Positions 8,370-17,624 of a stretch of 64,000 nucleotides of DNA are shown here, one piece after another (position 1 is the stretch's first letter; every line of letters begins with the position of its first letter). The notes beneath the pieces were generated by a model. That model saw nothing but the letters and a program-made list of their open reading frames with translations, was not told the origin of the DNA and did no database searches. This DNA is from an uncultured virus (IMG/VR IMGVR_UViG_3300032050_000088) (lineage: Duplodnaviria; Heunggongvirae; Uroviricota; Caudoviricetes): IMG/VR virus record IMGVR_UViG_3300032050_000088; one strand, written 5' to 3'. The position numbers were made by a program, and so were the translations under genes.

Positions 8370-10241
8370 ATGAAAAGGTTTACGATAACTGAGGAAGAAA
8401 GACATGATATCCTCAAAATGTATAATTTATTGAGTGAAGATGTTAGAAGACCCCTCCAAAAGTTAATGGAATGCAAATTCACAACCGATGGTAAATATGT
8501 TATTTATGAGGGTAAAGCATTTTCAACAAGTACTGGCGAACAGGTTCCAATAAACGAAGAGTGGACAATAAGTGATATTTTACATGCGGGTGCAGATTTA
8601 TTATCTGTCGGTATGGATTTTGTTATTCCGGGTTCTGGTGCGGTTGTCGATGTATTAAACGCAATTAGTTATATAATCGAAGCTCAATTTAAAAGTAACG
8701 AGGAAAAAGATTCTTTATATCTTATGGCGGCAATAACTTTTGCTTTTGTATTATTGCCAGGCCCTCTGCAAGCGGTTTCGGCTCCTCTTAAAAATGCGGT
8801 TAAAACTGGGGCGGGAATGGCATCTCCTGTAGTAAAAAATGGGTTGAAGATTATTGGAAATTCAATTGATACTTTATTGTTAGGTATTCCCTCTAAAGTA
8901 GATAATGCTCTTAAATCCCCATTGGCTAAAAATATTTTGGGTAGTTGGGGGGATAAAATTTCAGGATTTATTAGTAATTTTACAAGTAGAATTAAACAAT
9001 TATTGGGTACATTAACAGGTAAATCATCTAAGGAGGGTGCTGAATTAACAGGTAAGATAACTGGTAAATCATCTAAGGAGGGTGCTGAATTATCCGGTAA
9101 AAAGGTTACTAAGGAAGTAAGCGGAGAAATATTTGAAAAGAATTTCAGAGTTGAAAAATGTTATACTCATAGTTTTTGTGATACTGGAAACATAATTAAA
9201 AGATTATTTAACATTGCCCCGACTAATGTTGCATTTAATCCGTCGGCAGTAAAAGTCCTACAAAAATCAAATGTTGCGGGTAGAGAAGTAATCGAAACAC
9301 AATTAGAAAACGGGCAAAAAGTTTTATTTTATAAATCATCTGGTAGTAATGTGGATACAACAGGTAAAAAGATGGGTGAATGGTTTGTTATACCTGGTTT
9401 TGCTGAAAATGGTTGGTTTATAAAAACCAAAGAAACAATTGCTCTTACTAAAGGAGGAAACAAATATTTGACCGAAATGGCTCAATTTTTAGAAAAAAAT
9501 GGAGTTGAGGGATTATCAAAATCCGCAAAAACAGGTACCAAGGCTTTACCTGCTGTAATTAATAAAGTAACCACGTTATCTAAAATGGACAACGTGGTAC
9601 TGAGTAGTAACGCCCCTGTTATTATGAATAAATTAGGTTTAACTAAAGGGAGTAAGTTTGGAACAAAGAACGGTACTGCACAAATAGATGATATTATAGA
9701 CGTAGATTACGTTCTTGTCAGTACTACAATGGGAAAGGAGAAAATGAAAGTTTGGAGTTTTTTAAAAAAATATATTGTTGACCCCTCAGCCAAACTTAGA
9801 AAAACCGGTATCCCTCTAATTACAAAAAGTTTAGTTAGTATTTTTAACGAGGACGGAACTATTAATCAAAACGCGCTTAATAAATTACCACCCATAACTC
9901 CTGAGCAGGCTATGAACGATTTGGAACGTCTGAGTCAAATTGTTGCGGAATACGAAGGGGGTTCAGGTAAATATAGTGTTAATAAAAACGTTCTTAATTT
10001 CCAAAAGGCATTGAGAATGATAGGTTTTAATTTAGGTAATTATGGGTCAAATAAAGATGGGGTTGACGGTAAGTTCGGTCCCAAAACACAAAATGCGTTG
10101 AAGGATTTTCAGACACAAAATAATCTTCAGTCGTCATTGGGTAAGATGGATAGGTTAACGGCTAAAAAATTGGCGGAAGTATTAAGTAATAAAAAAATTG
10201 ATGGTTCGGAAGAAACTCAAAATTACTTAAATTCATTGTAA
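8370..10241 (+). CDS. leader + pre-toxin-TG-like region + unknown domain + C-terminal peptidoglycan-binding domain
   Basis: LHAGADLLS...IPGSGAVVDVLNAISY; FQKAL...GVDGKFGPKTQNALKDFQ; 30-nt direct repeat at 9018 and 9063. Confidence 0.7.
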   Translation: MKRFTITEEERHDILKMYNLLSEDVRRPLQKLMECKFTTDGKYVIYEGKAFSTSTGEQVPINEEWTISDILHAGADLLSVGMDFVIPGSGAVVDVLNAISYIIEAQFKSNEEKDSLYLMAAITFAFVLLPGPLQAVSAPLKNAVKTGAGMASPVVKNGLKIIGNSIDTLLLGIPSKVDNALKSPLAKNILGSWGDKISGFISNFTSRIKQLLGTLTGKSSKEGAELTGKITGKSSKEGAELSGKKVTKEVSGEIFEKNFRVEKCYTHSFCDTGNIIKRLFNIAPTNVAFNPSAVKVLQKSNVAGREVIETQLENGQKVLFYKSSGSNVDTTGKKMGEWFVIPGFAENGWFIKTKETIALTKGGNKYLTEMAQFLEKNGVEGLSKSAKTGTKALPAVINKVTTLSKMDNVVLSSNAPVIMNKLGLTKGSKFGTKNGTAQIDDIIDVDYVLVSTTMGKEKMKVWSFLKKYIVDPSAKLRKTGIPLITKSLVSIFNEDGTINQNALNKLPPITPEQAMNDLERLSQIVAEYEGGSGKYSVNKNVLNFQKALRMIGFNLGNYGSNKDGVDGKFGPKTQNALKDFQTQNNLQSSLGKMDRLTAKKLAEVLSNKKIDGSEETQNYLNSL

Positions 10242-10286
10242 TTCTAAAATACTAATCCTTTTTTATTCTTAGTATATTTATATTAT

Positions 10287-11282
10287 ATGAAAATTTTATT
10301 AACTGAAAATCAATTTGAATCTTTGATGAAAAAACATTCAGGATTGATTAACGAATCATCCGATTGTGAAAAAGATTTGTTTGATAAAATCAACAACTGG
10401 AGACTCAAAGCGATTTTCAAGGACCCAATCAATAAGATTGTTAAACCTCATGCAAAAAAATGGACCGAACATAATGATAGAAAAAAATATGAGGATGTTC
10501 TAACAATGATTGGAAAAAATCCATCCGAGATTGATTCCATTTTGGATATGTCATTTGTTTATGATGAGGGTGGAAACTGGGATAGGATTAATAAGTTGAA
10601 TACAAACTATTCTGACACGGCAAGATTCATCATTGATATTTTTAAAGACCAAGGAAAAAACTTATGTGACATATATAAAAATTTGTCTGATGGTAATAAC
10701 TCTGATTTGACGGCAATTGCTCGTGACATGTCACTTAATCCCACAACATATTGGGATAACTATCTGTCGTTAAATCGTGAAAAGTATACCCAAAACAACA
10801 AGAGAAACTCCATGATGGGAGATACAACCGAAAAAATTGTTGTTGATTACCTAATGGGTAAAGGTTGGAAATTAATTTATCAATCCAAAGAAGGAAGTCC
10901 AATTGATACTAAACTTTCAATTGATATCATTATGTTATCTCCTGATAACAAAATTGCAAAAATCCAAGTTAAAACCGTTGGAACAATCAAACAGGTTGAA
11001 TTTACACCTTGTGAAAAAAATGATGTTCCATTGACAAACAAAAAACAACCTGGTGGGTATAGCGTTTATACAAATGGTGGAATAGTGTTAAGAGATACCG
11101 ATATAAATCTTGTTGCATATGTTACAATGTCAGGTAATCTTTTAATTCTTAGAAAATATTCTCCAGTTACAGTGGTAGGTAATAAGTGCGTGGATACTCC
11201 CGCTCGTCAATTCCCATCAAGTCCAAAGAAAGGATTATTTTTTGTTGACCACGAATCGGTTGTATTCTCAAAAATCAAATAA
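10287..11282 (+). CDS. PD-(D/E)xK nuclease-like protein with MKILLTENQ leader
   Basis: GDTTEKIVVDYL...IDII...KIQVKT. Confidence 0.6.
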   Translation: MKILLTENQFESLMKKHSGLINESSDCEKDLFDKINNWRLKAIFKDPINKIVKPHAKKWTEHNDRKKYEDVLTMIGKNPSEIDSILDMSFVYDEGGNWDRINKLNTNYSDTARFIIDIFKDQGKNLCDIYKNLSDGNNSDLTAIARDMSLNPTTYWDNYLSLNREKYTQNNKRNSMMGDTTEKIVVDYLMGKGWKLIYQSKEGSPIDTKLSIDIIMLSPDNKIAKIQVKTVGTIKQVEFTPCEKNDVPLTNKKQPGGYSVYTNGGIVLRDTDINLVAYVTMSGNLLILRKYSPVTVVGNKCVDTPARQFPSSPKKGLFFVDHESVVFSKIK

Positions 11283-11330
11283 GTTTCTTTTTATTTGACA
11301 ATCTGAAATTTCATAATTAATTTTAAAATT

Positions 11331-11528
11331 ATGAAATACATTATATTAATTTTATTGGGATTATTAGTTGGTTTTTTCTCGACCAATTATTTTTTAACAA
11401 AGAGAGAACCTGTTAAAAGTATTGATACAATTATCTGTAAAACAGAAGAGGGTTATGGAGAAGACATTGAGACAGGAGAAAAATTCTTGGTAGTATGGAA
11501 TGAATGTGATACAATTTATAAAAAATAA
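11331..11528 (+). CDS. small membrane-anchored protein
   Basis: N-terminal TM; CDTI motif shared with 15588; upstream TTGACA-17-TAATTT at 11295. Confidence 0.7.
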   Translation: MKYIILILLGLLVGFFSTNYFLTKREPVKSIDTIICKTEEGYGEDIETGEKFLVVWNECDTIYKK

Positions 11529-11534
11529 TTAAAT

Positions 11535-11741
11535 ATGAATATAGAATTTGAAACCCCCCACCTTGTGTTATGTATCAGAAATTACTATGGAACAATGGAA
11601 GATGGTCGTGAATTTACCATCGTATCTCATAGTAATTACGGTAGTGTATGGATTGAAGACATTGAAACTGATGATGAATTAACCGAAGAAGAACTTGAAG
11701 AAATTAGAACAAGTTTCTATCAAAATGTGGATATTGGATAA
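11535..11741 (+). CDS. hypothetical acidic protein
   Basis: ORF in operon. Confidence 0.7.
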   Translation: MNIEFETPHLVLCIRNYYGTMEDGREFTIVSHSNYGSVWIEDIETDDELTEEELEEIRTSFYQNVDIG

Positions 11742-11750
11742 AAAAATAAT

Positions 11751-12089
11751 ATGAAAAAAGAAAAGGCAAAAATGTCAGCTCCAAAAAAGGAAAAAAAGAA
11801 AAAGGTTACTGAAGAAGTTGCGGTTGAAACTCCAAAAACAATTTCAGTTAAAATGGTTGAGTATTACAGCACTATGGTTGTACGCGAACCAATTCAAATT
11901 AATGTTGCTGATTATCCTGAACTAAACGGGATGTCAGAAGAAGAAATGAAAGACTACATTAAAGATAATTGGTCTGACATGAAATCAACAAATGAAGAGT
12001 GGTACGACTCCCTTTATGACGAATGTATGCAATCGGATGTAATGAGAGAAAAGATTACAGGTGAAGAACAAGAATGTTATTTTGATTGA
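11751..12089 (+). CDS. hypothetical protein
   Basis: ORF in operon, followed by a terminator. Confidence 0.75.
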   Translation: MKKEKAKMSAPKKEKKKKVTEEVAVETPKTISVKMVEYYSTMVVREPIQINVADYPELNGMSEEEMKDYIKDNWSDMKSTNEEWYDSLYDECMQSDVMREKITGEEQECYFD

Positions 12090-12105
12090 TGAATGATTAA
12101 ATTTA

Positions 12106-12133
12106 AAACCCCATTCTTATGATGGGGTTTTTT
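12106..12133 (+). terminator. intrinsic terminator
   Basis: AAAACCCCAT/ATGGGGTTTT. Confidence 0.8.
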
Positions 12134-12166
12134 GTTTTGGAATATATTTATGTATAAAATACTTTT

Positions 12167-12859
12167 ATGAATAATATTTCTTTATATAAAGAAAGATTTT
12201 ATGGTTTAATGGAATCAACAATGGGTGACGTAAGACCTATTATTAGTGAACAACAATGTACATTATCCGAATCTGATATTAATTATATTGTTAGTGGAGT
12301 AATTAAAGAATTTTCTCCAAATAGATTAAATCGTGATTTGGATTCTTTAACAAAAAGTTTTAGAGAAAATGTAACATCTGATTTGGTTTTTAAAGTTTTT
12401 AATGAAAAACTAGAAACAATTAAGACTTCATTGAAACCTACTTTTGAAAAGTATATTTCGGATATGGTTTATGCCACTTTTTTCGGTGGTGTATTTGATA
12501 TCAATGCATATCTATATGATATGTTAAATAAAATAATCTTACCTCTACTTGAGGGATATGACGCTTCTTGGGCAACTAAGGGTGCTGCTAATGCCGTAGT
12601 AAATGATAAGAATGTTAATAACATAATAACTAAAACACAAAATCATTTTTTAGCTATCATTTCTAATTTTTTCTCAAAGTTTAAAATGACCATAATACTC
12701 GTACCATTTAAATCAATTGAAATTGCTAAAAACTTAAAAAAATGTGATGTAAAGTCGAATCCCCAACCGTATGGTAATATCCCTGATGTAGAAAGTTTTA
12801 AATCAGGAAATAATTGGATTATATCCTCAATAAACGATAGAATTAAAAACGCCGTATAA
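12167..12859 (+). CDS. hypothetical protein with RFYGLMESTMGDVRPIISE leader
   Basis: Leader family shared with 2490 and 13966. Confidence 0.8.
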   Translation: MNNISLYKERFYGLMESTMGDVRPIISEQQCTLSESDINYIVSGVIKEFSPNRLNRDLDSLTKSFRENVTSDLVFKVFNEKLETIKTSLKPTFEKYISDMVYATFFGGVFDINAYLYDMLNKIILPLLEGYDASWATKGAANAVVNDKNVNNIITKTQNHFLAIISNFFSKFKMTIILVPFKSIEIAKNLKKCDVKSNPQPYGNIPDVESFKSGNNWIISSINDRIKNAV

Positions 12860-12867
12860 AAATCCAC

Positions 12868-13194
12868 ATGAAAAGACTAATAATATCCGAAGAGGAAAAA
12901 CATCGTATAAAAAGTTTGTACGAGCAAACAACAGGAACTACTCAACCTATTGACCTTAATTATATTTTATCTCAAAGCGAATCTGGTAAAACCACAAATG
13001 AATTTTGTAAATCAAAAACAGGATACGATATTTGTTTGGTTGTTACGGATATTGATAGAGCGGCTAGAGACAGAGACGAAAATAATAAAAGTAGGTTTCT
13101 TCAATCCCAAGGATATGTCATGATTGAAAAATCAGGTCTAACCCAAGATTCTGAAGGTAACTATAAAAAATCAAGTATTTGGAAGAAACAATAG
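12868..13194 (+). CDS. hypothetical protein with MKRLIISEEE leader
   Basis: ORF, leader motif. Confidence 0.8.
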   Translation: MKRLIISEEEKHRIKSLYEQTTGTTQPIDLNYILSQSESGKTTNEFCKSKTGYDICLVVTDIDRAARDRDENNKSRFLQSQGYVMIEKSGLTQDSEGNYKKSSIWKKQ

Positions 13195-13237
13195 TTTGTT
13201 TTTCATTACTTAAAGTATTTATATAAAAAAAATTATC

Positions 13238-13954
13238 ATGAGTAAAAGATTAATAATTTCTGAAGAAGAAAAAAACGAAATCAGAAATAAATATTCAAAT
13301 AATAATGTTCAAGAACAAATGACGGGTGGAAACACCACCGGTCAAGACGATAAACTTATCTCTAAATTGGTTGACACAACAAAAAAATTAAGAGGAGGTT
13401 TATTTAAAACAGGGTCTGACCAAGTTGATACTAGTAGTTCTGAGTTCCAACAAGCGGTTAGAGAATTAACACCTGTTGGTAACATAGGAAATCCTGTTGA
13501 GATTGTTGGTGGAGCATCAAGTGTTGGTTCTGACAGAGGATTTGACAACAAACGTTTGGCAACAAGGAGAGCGATGAACTTTAAAACCGCATTACAAAAC
13601 GCCGGTGTTAACACTAAAAATATGTTTGTAACTGATGTAATTGTTGGAAGTGCAACTGAAAGAAATAGTCCTGAAGCTTTACAACAACAGTATGTTAGTT
13701 ATACAGTTAGAGATACTGATTATAAGATTGATTATCAAACCGCGATAGATAATACCGCAACTGTAAGACAAGATATTAAACGACAACTTAATCTACCACA
13801 AACTAAACCTGAACCAAAACCTAAGAAAGATGAAAAAGGTAAGTATTTTGATTTGAGAATATTTTATACAGGAAATAACGCAATCCAATTGGCGGATGAA
13901 GTAAATAAAGCATTGGCCGGAAAAAACGGTGTAGTTAAAATCCAAGGAATCTAA
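13238..13954 (+). CDS. leader + OmpA-like peptidoglycan-binding domain
   Basis: VEIVGGASSVG...NKRLATRRA...L...GV resembles the OmpA C-domain signature. Confidence 0.65.
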   Translation: MSKRLIISEEEKNEIRNKYSNNNVQEQMTGGNTTGQDDKLISKLVDTTKKLRGGLFKTGSDQVDTSSSEFQQAVRELTPVGNIGNPVEIVGGASSVGSDRGFDNKRLATRRAMNFKTALQNAGVNTKNMFVTDVIVGSATERNSPEALQQQYVSYTVRDTDYKIDYQTAIDNTATVRQDIKRQLNLPQTKPEPKPKKDEKGKYFDLRIFYTGNNAIQLADEVNKALAGKNGVVKIQGI

Positions 13955-13965
13955 CAAACATAATT

Positions 13966-14346
13966 ATGAGTAATATTGATTCATATAAAAAACGATTTTA
14001 TGGTTTAATGGAATCAACAATGGGTGATGTAAGACCAATTTTAAATGAAGGAGTTAATGTTGGTGGAAGAGCGTCAACTATAAATCCTGACGGTACCGTA
14101 ACTATAACAGATAAAAGTGGAAAACCAACTAAAGTGAGAATGTCACTATCAGTTGGGGGAGATATAAATGTTGTTAATATACAACCGGCTAACGGAGGAT
14201 ATAATATCACTGGAAAAAGTGGAATGACTCAGTTTGTTGATAACAATAAAATATCCCAAGTAATTCAATTTGTTGACAACAATTCACCATCTGAGATTAA
14301 AAGTGGTTCTTGGTCAACCCCAAATATAAAATTAAGAAAAGTATAA
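13966..14346 (+). CDS. hypothetical protein with RFYGLMESTMGDVRPILNE leader
   Basis: Leader DNA nearly identical to that of 12167. Confidence 0.8.
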   Translation: MSNIDSYKKRFYGLMESTMGDVRPILNEGVNVGGRASTINPDGTVTITDKSGKPTKVRMSLSVGGDINVVNIQPANGGYNITGKSGMTQFVDNNKISQVIQFVDNNSPSEIKSGSWSTPNIKLRKV

Positions 14347-14347
14347 T

Positions 14348-14683
14348 ATGAAAAAAATTATTAGATTAACTGAATCTGATTTGGTAAGGATTGTTAAAAG
14401 AGTTATCACAGAACAAACAAATATGAAAAGCGTTTTTGATAGTTTACAAAAAATGTCTTCAGGTTCTAAAAATTTTCATCCGTCATTTAAGCATAAATAC
14501 GATAATGTATGGTCTGTCGAAGGGACTATGATTGAGTTACCTAAAGATTATGTAACTCCTGAGAATATCGGAGATATAACAATAAGTCCTCAGTTAGTAA
14601 CAATTTCAATTGGTAGAGGTAGAGATATGGCAAATGTTTATATACACCCTGACGGAAGAATTGAAAGAAAATCTTTAATTTGA
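14348..14683 (+). CDS. hypothetical protein with MKKIIRLTESDL leader
   Basis: Leader motif. Confidence 0.8.
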   Translation: MKKIIRLTESDLVRIVKRVITEQTNMKSVFDSLQKMSSGSKNFHPSFKHKYDNVWSVEGTMIELPKDYVTPENIGDITISPQLVTISIGRGRDMANVYIHPDGRIERKSLI

Positions 14684-14716
14684 TAAAACCATAGTATTTA
14701 TATAAAAAGTATTAAT

Positions 14717-15022
14717 ATGAAAAAAGTTATAAAATTAACTGAGAGTCAGTTAGAGGATATAATCAAAAGAGTAATTAACGAGGCCGAAGAAGAAAAATAT
14801 GAAAAGGGCCCATCTGGTATGAGAGCGGCTCGCTCAAAAGCCGATTACACCCCAACCCCAAAAGAATCAGATATCATGTCTGACTTGTTTGGTAAGTATA
14901 AAGATGATATTCCACCAATCGTTGTTAGATATTTAAGAAAGTTGGGTAAGGAAACTCTAACTAAGAGACTCATGAAGTTAGGTATGATTGATAAATCAAT
15001 AATCGGTAAAGACGAAGAATAA
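14717..15022 (+). CDS. hypothetical protein with MKKVIKLTESQL leader
   Basis: Leader motif, TATTTAT upstream. Confidence 0.8.
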   Translation: MKKVIKLTESQLEDIIKRVINEAEEEKYEKGPSGMRAARSKADYTPTPKESDIMSDLFGKYKDDIPPIVVRYLRKLGKETLTKRLMKLGMIDKSIIGKDEE

Positions 15023-15023
15023 T

Positions 15024-15587
15024 ATGAAAATTAATTTAAACATAGACGAAAACGAAAGAAGAAGAATACTGGAGATGCATAATTCGGCTAAATCAGTTGT
15101 ATCTGAACAAAACGTCACATCCTCTACCGCCACAACGTATCATGATGAGAGCAAACCGGCAAGAATGTTCATACATAAAGAATTTGGAATTGGTACTAAT
15201 TTTAACCCTAATTATAGTGCCTTGACCAAAGAACAGAGAGCTAAGCTACTCCAAGACTCTAAAGAAAAATTAAAATCTATGGACATGAATGAAATAGTTA
15301 ATAAAGCAAAAGCGGCTGGTGTTTCTGAAGAAAGTATAATGGCTTTACAACAAGAACTTGTTACAATTTCAGGAAAACCTGAACTTAAATTTATTTCAAA
15401 CAACATACCAAAAGATTTTGTGGATGGTAAATTAGGTACAAATACTATCGCGGCATATTTAGACCATATGATACACGTTCAAAGTCTTCCCGAGTATAAA
15501 GGACCTGCGCCTACAACTACAACGCAATTTGGTACTGGAGCCGCAAAGGGGGCAATACAGGGGACCTATCAGACAGGAAAACAATAA
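15024..15587 (+). CDS. leader + peptidoglycan-binding-like domain
   Basis: IMALQQEL...VDGKLGTNTIAAY. Confidence 0.6.
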   Translation: MKINLNIDENERRRILEMHNSAKSVVSEQNVTSSTATTYHDESKPARMFIHKEFGIGTNFNPNYSALTKEQRAKLLQDSKEKLKSMDMNEIVNKAKAAGVSEESIMALQQELVTISGKPELKFISNNIPKDFVDGKLGTNTIAAYLDHMIHVQSLPEYKGPAPTTTTQFGTGAAKGAIQGTYQTGKQ

Positions 15588-15806
15588 CTAGCCCATACGA
15601 TTTGGTACATACTCGTATTTTGGAATTGTGTCACACACAATTTCTTCAATCATGTTTTCAGTTCCGTCATCTTCAACTATACGGTAGTAAATTGTATCAC
15701 ATTTAACTTCAAAAGTTACAGATTTGATTACTGATTTTGTATTCGTGGTTGATGAACAACCGAATACCAAAAGAACTACCGCGAAGAAAAGAATGATGTA
15801 TTTCAT
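15588..15806 (-). CDS. small lipoprotein
   Basis: VFGC lipobox; TATATTTG box upstream; start moved to 15806. Confidence 0.7.
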   Translation of the reverse strand: MKYIILFFAVVLLVFGCSSTTNTKSVIKSVTFEVKCDTIYYRIVEDDGTENMIEEIVCDTIPKYEYVPNRMG

Positions 15807-15876
15807 TGTGATTTGATTTATTCTACAAATATACACAAAAATAACAAACCAAAAAATATTTATTAAAAAAAATACT

Positions 15877-16002
15877 ATGGGAAAGGCTAGAAAAGAAACA
15901 AAACCTAAGAGTAATAGAAAAAATTGGGTTAAGAATAATAAAAGAATTGAGGAGAATACAAGAATTTTAAATCTACTACTAAATGAAAATAATTCTAACT
16001 GA
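15877..16002 (+). CDS. small basic protein (41 aa, MGKARKETKPK...), not in ORF track
   Basis: ATG downstream of TATTTAT; overlaps the next gene. Confidence 0.5.
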   Translation: MGKARKETKPKSNRKNWVKNNKRIEENTRILNLLLNENNSN

Positions 16003-16330
16003 GTCTCAATTAACTAAATTGGTTAATGAACAATTAACACAACCTGAAACTGAATTAACTAATTATTTAGAAAAGTTTGAAAAAATAAATCTAACGGGTG
16101 ATACCGAAGATTTAGGTTTAAGTAATTTTACAACTCCTGAGGATTTTGTTAAAAAAATAAAAGAACTCCCTTTACAGGTAAGTTCTTTTAGAATTGATTC
16201 GGAAGGTTTTAATTTCCCGATATATAAAGTTTCTTTGAATGGTGAGATTGGAAATTATGAGGTAAGTTTAGGTCATGAACCATTATCACCTTATAAATTT
16301 GTAACCGCTTCAATAAAGAAAACGTTTTAG
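15983..16330 (+). CDS. hypothetical protein with MKIILTESQL leader
   Basis: Leader motif. Confidence 0.8.
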   Translation: MKIILTESQLTKLVNEQLTQPETELTNYLEKFEKINLTGDTEDLGLSNFTTPEDFVKKIKELPLQVSSFRIDSEGFNFPIYKVSLNGEIGNYEVSLGHEPLSPYKFVTASIKKTF

Positions 16331-16527
16331 TGTCTACGATTGGTACATTGATGGTCCAACATTCCGTGACCACGATTATTCCGCATGGTCTTTTTCATAA
16401 CTTGAGTTGATTTTTTATGATGGGCTTTATAATTATATCCACGATGACTTGTTGTACAAGAACCAAAAAATAACATTGATAGGATAATAACTAAGAATAC
16501 TGCAAAGGATTTAAATGGGTTATTCAT
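16327..16527 (-). CDS. small basic lipoprotein
   Basis: FGSC lipobox; TATATTTG upstream. Confidence 0.65.
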   Translation of the reverse strand: MNNPFKSFAVFLVIILSMLFFGSCTTSHRGYNYKAHHKKSTQVMKKTMRNNRGHGMLDHQCTNRRH

Positions 16528-16563
16528 ATGGGTATGGGTTTTAAATTGTGTTACAAATATATG

Positions 16564-17058
16564 TCAAACTTCTTCTCCCACCAAATTATTTTTTAACCAT
16601 TTTGGTTCATGACCATTTTTCCAAACCGCAAATCCCATCTTAGTTCCACGATAATAATTTCTGTATGACTCAACAACATCGGTTACTTTATATTCATCGG
16701 GCATTGCCTTTGGTGGTTCGGTAAATCCTATGTCCTGAATTTTTGGTTTGTTAATTAGACACCACTCAATAACATCCTGTGATTTATGACGTTTTTCGTA
16801 CCTATTAGTGTATTCTTTACAAAGGGCTAGTCCTAACTCACAAAGATAAAGATAGTTCGTTAATGAGGTTCTGGTCCATATTGCACAGGGGTGATTCTTA
16901 TGTGATAACTTGTAAGGTACTTGGGGGGTAACTTGGGGGGTCATATGATGAACACCACACAATAACTGAGCGGTCTCAAGTATCATTTTGACCACATGTT
17001 TGTCACAATGGTCCTTAGCGCATTTATTAACATCCAAATCTAAAAAGAAAATATTCAT
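16564..17058 (-). CDS. pyrimidine-dimer DNA glycosylase / endonuclease V family protein
   Basis: MNIFFLD...HCDKHVVKMILETAQLL...HKNHPCAIW. Confidence 0.75.
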   Translation of the reverse strand: MNIFFLDLDVNKCAKDHCDKHVVKMILETAQLLCGVHHMTPQVTPQVPYKLSHKNHPCAIWTRTSLTNYLYLCELGLALCKEYTNRYEKRHKSQDVIEWCLINKPKIQDIGFTEPPKAMPDEYKVTDVVESYRNYYRGTKMGFAVWKNGHEPKWLKNNLVGEEV

Positions 17059-17091
17059 ATGAGCACGATATTTATATAAAAAAACAAAGAT

Positions 17092-17289
17092 ATGAAAAAA
17101 ACATTATTTATCGGACTTTTAACATCTATTTTATTTTATGGATGTACTTTTTCAATTGGCGGTGGATGTAAATGTTCAGGAGACTGTGGAACCCCACAAA
17201 AGATTGAAATAATTAATCAAACTCCTACTACGACAGAATCTCATTGTGAATCAACTGAAGAACCTATTGATACTTTAGAACAATATTAA
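17092..17289 (+). CDS. small Cys-rich lipoprotein
   Basis: FYGC lipobox. Confidence 0.65.
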   Translation: MKKTLFIGLLTSILFYGCTFSIGGGCKCSGDCGTPQKIEIINQTPTTTESHCESTEEPIDTLEQY

Positions 17290-17291
17290 TA

Positions 17292-17624
17292 ATGAACTTC
17301 ACTATATCCGAAAAGAAAAAACAAGTAATACTTGAGTTATTACAGACTTTTCTCAACCAAAGATTAGAGTTGTATAAAGAACTCGATGATGCGGGAGAAT
17401 TACAGTATAGTGTTAGTGCTATTGTTAGTAATATAGATAAAATTGAAATAACGGATATAAAAAGAGTTGAAGGTATATGGTCCGTCGATTTACTTTTTTA
17501 TATGAATAGAATCTTTTCAGTTGTTGATGAAGATTTAATTTATGATTTATCTTCAAGTTTAACTGATTATATTGGTGAAAACGACATAAACATATCCCAA
17601 CAAGAAAGTGAATATGACCTCTGA
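17292..17624 (+). CDS. hypothetical protein (MNFTISE leader-like)
   Basis: ORF in operon. Confidence 0.7.
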   Translation: MNFTISEKKKQVILELLQTFLNQRLELYKELDDAGELQYSVSAIVSNIDKIEITDIKRVEGIWSVDLLFYMNRIFSVVDEDLIYDLSSSLTDYIGENDINISQQESEYDL

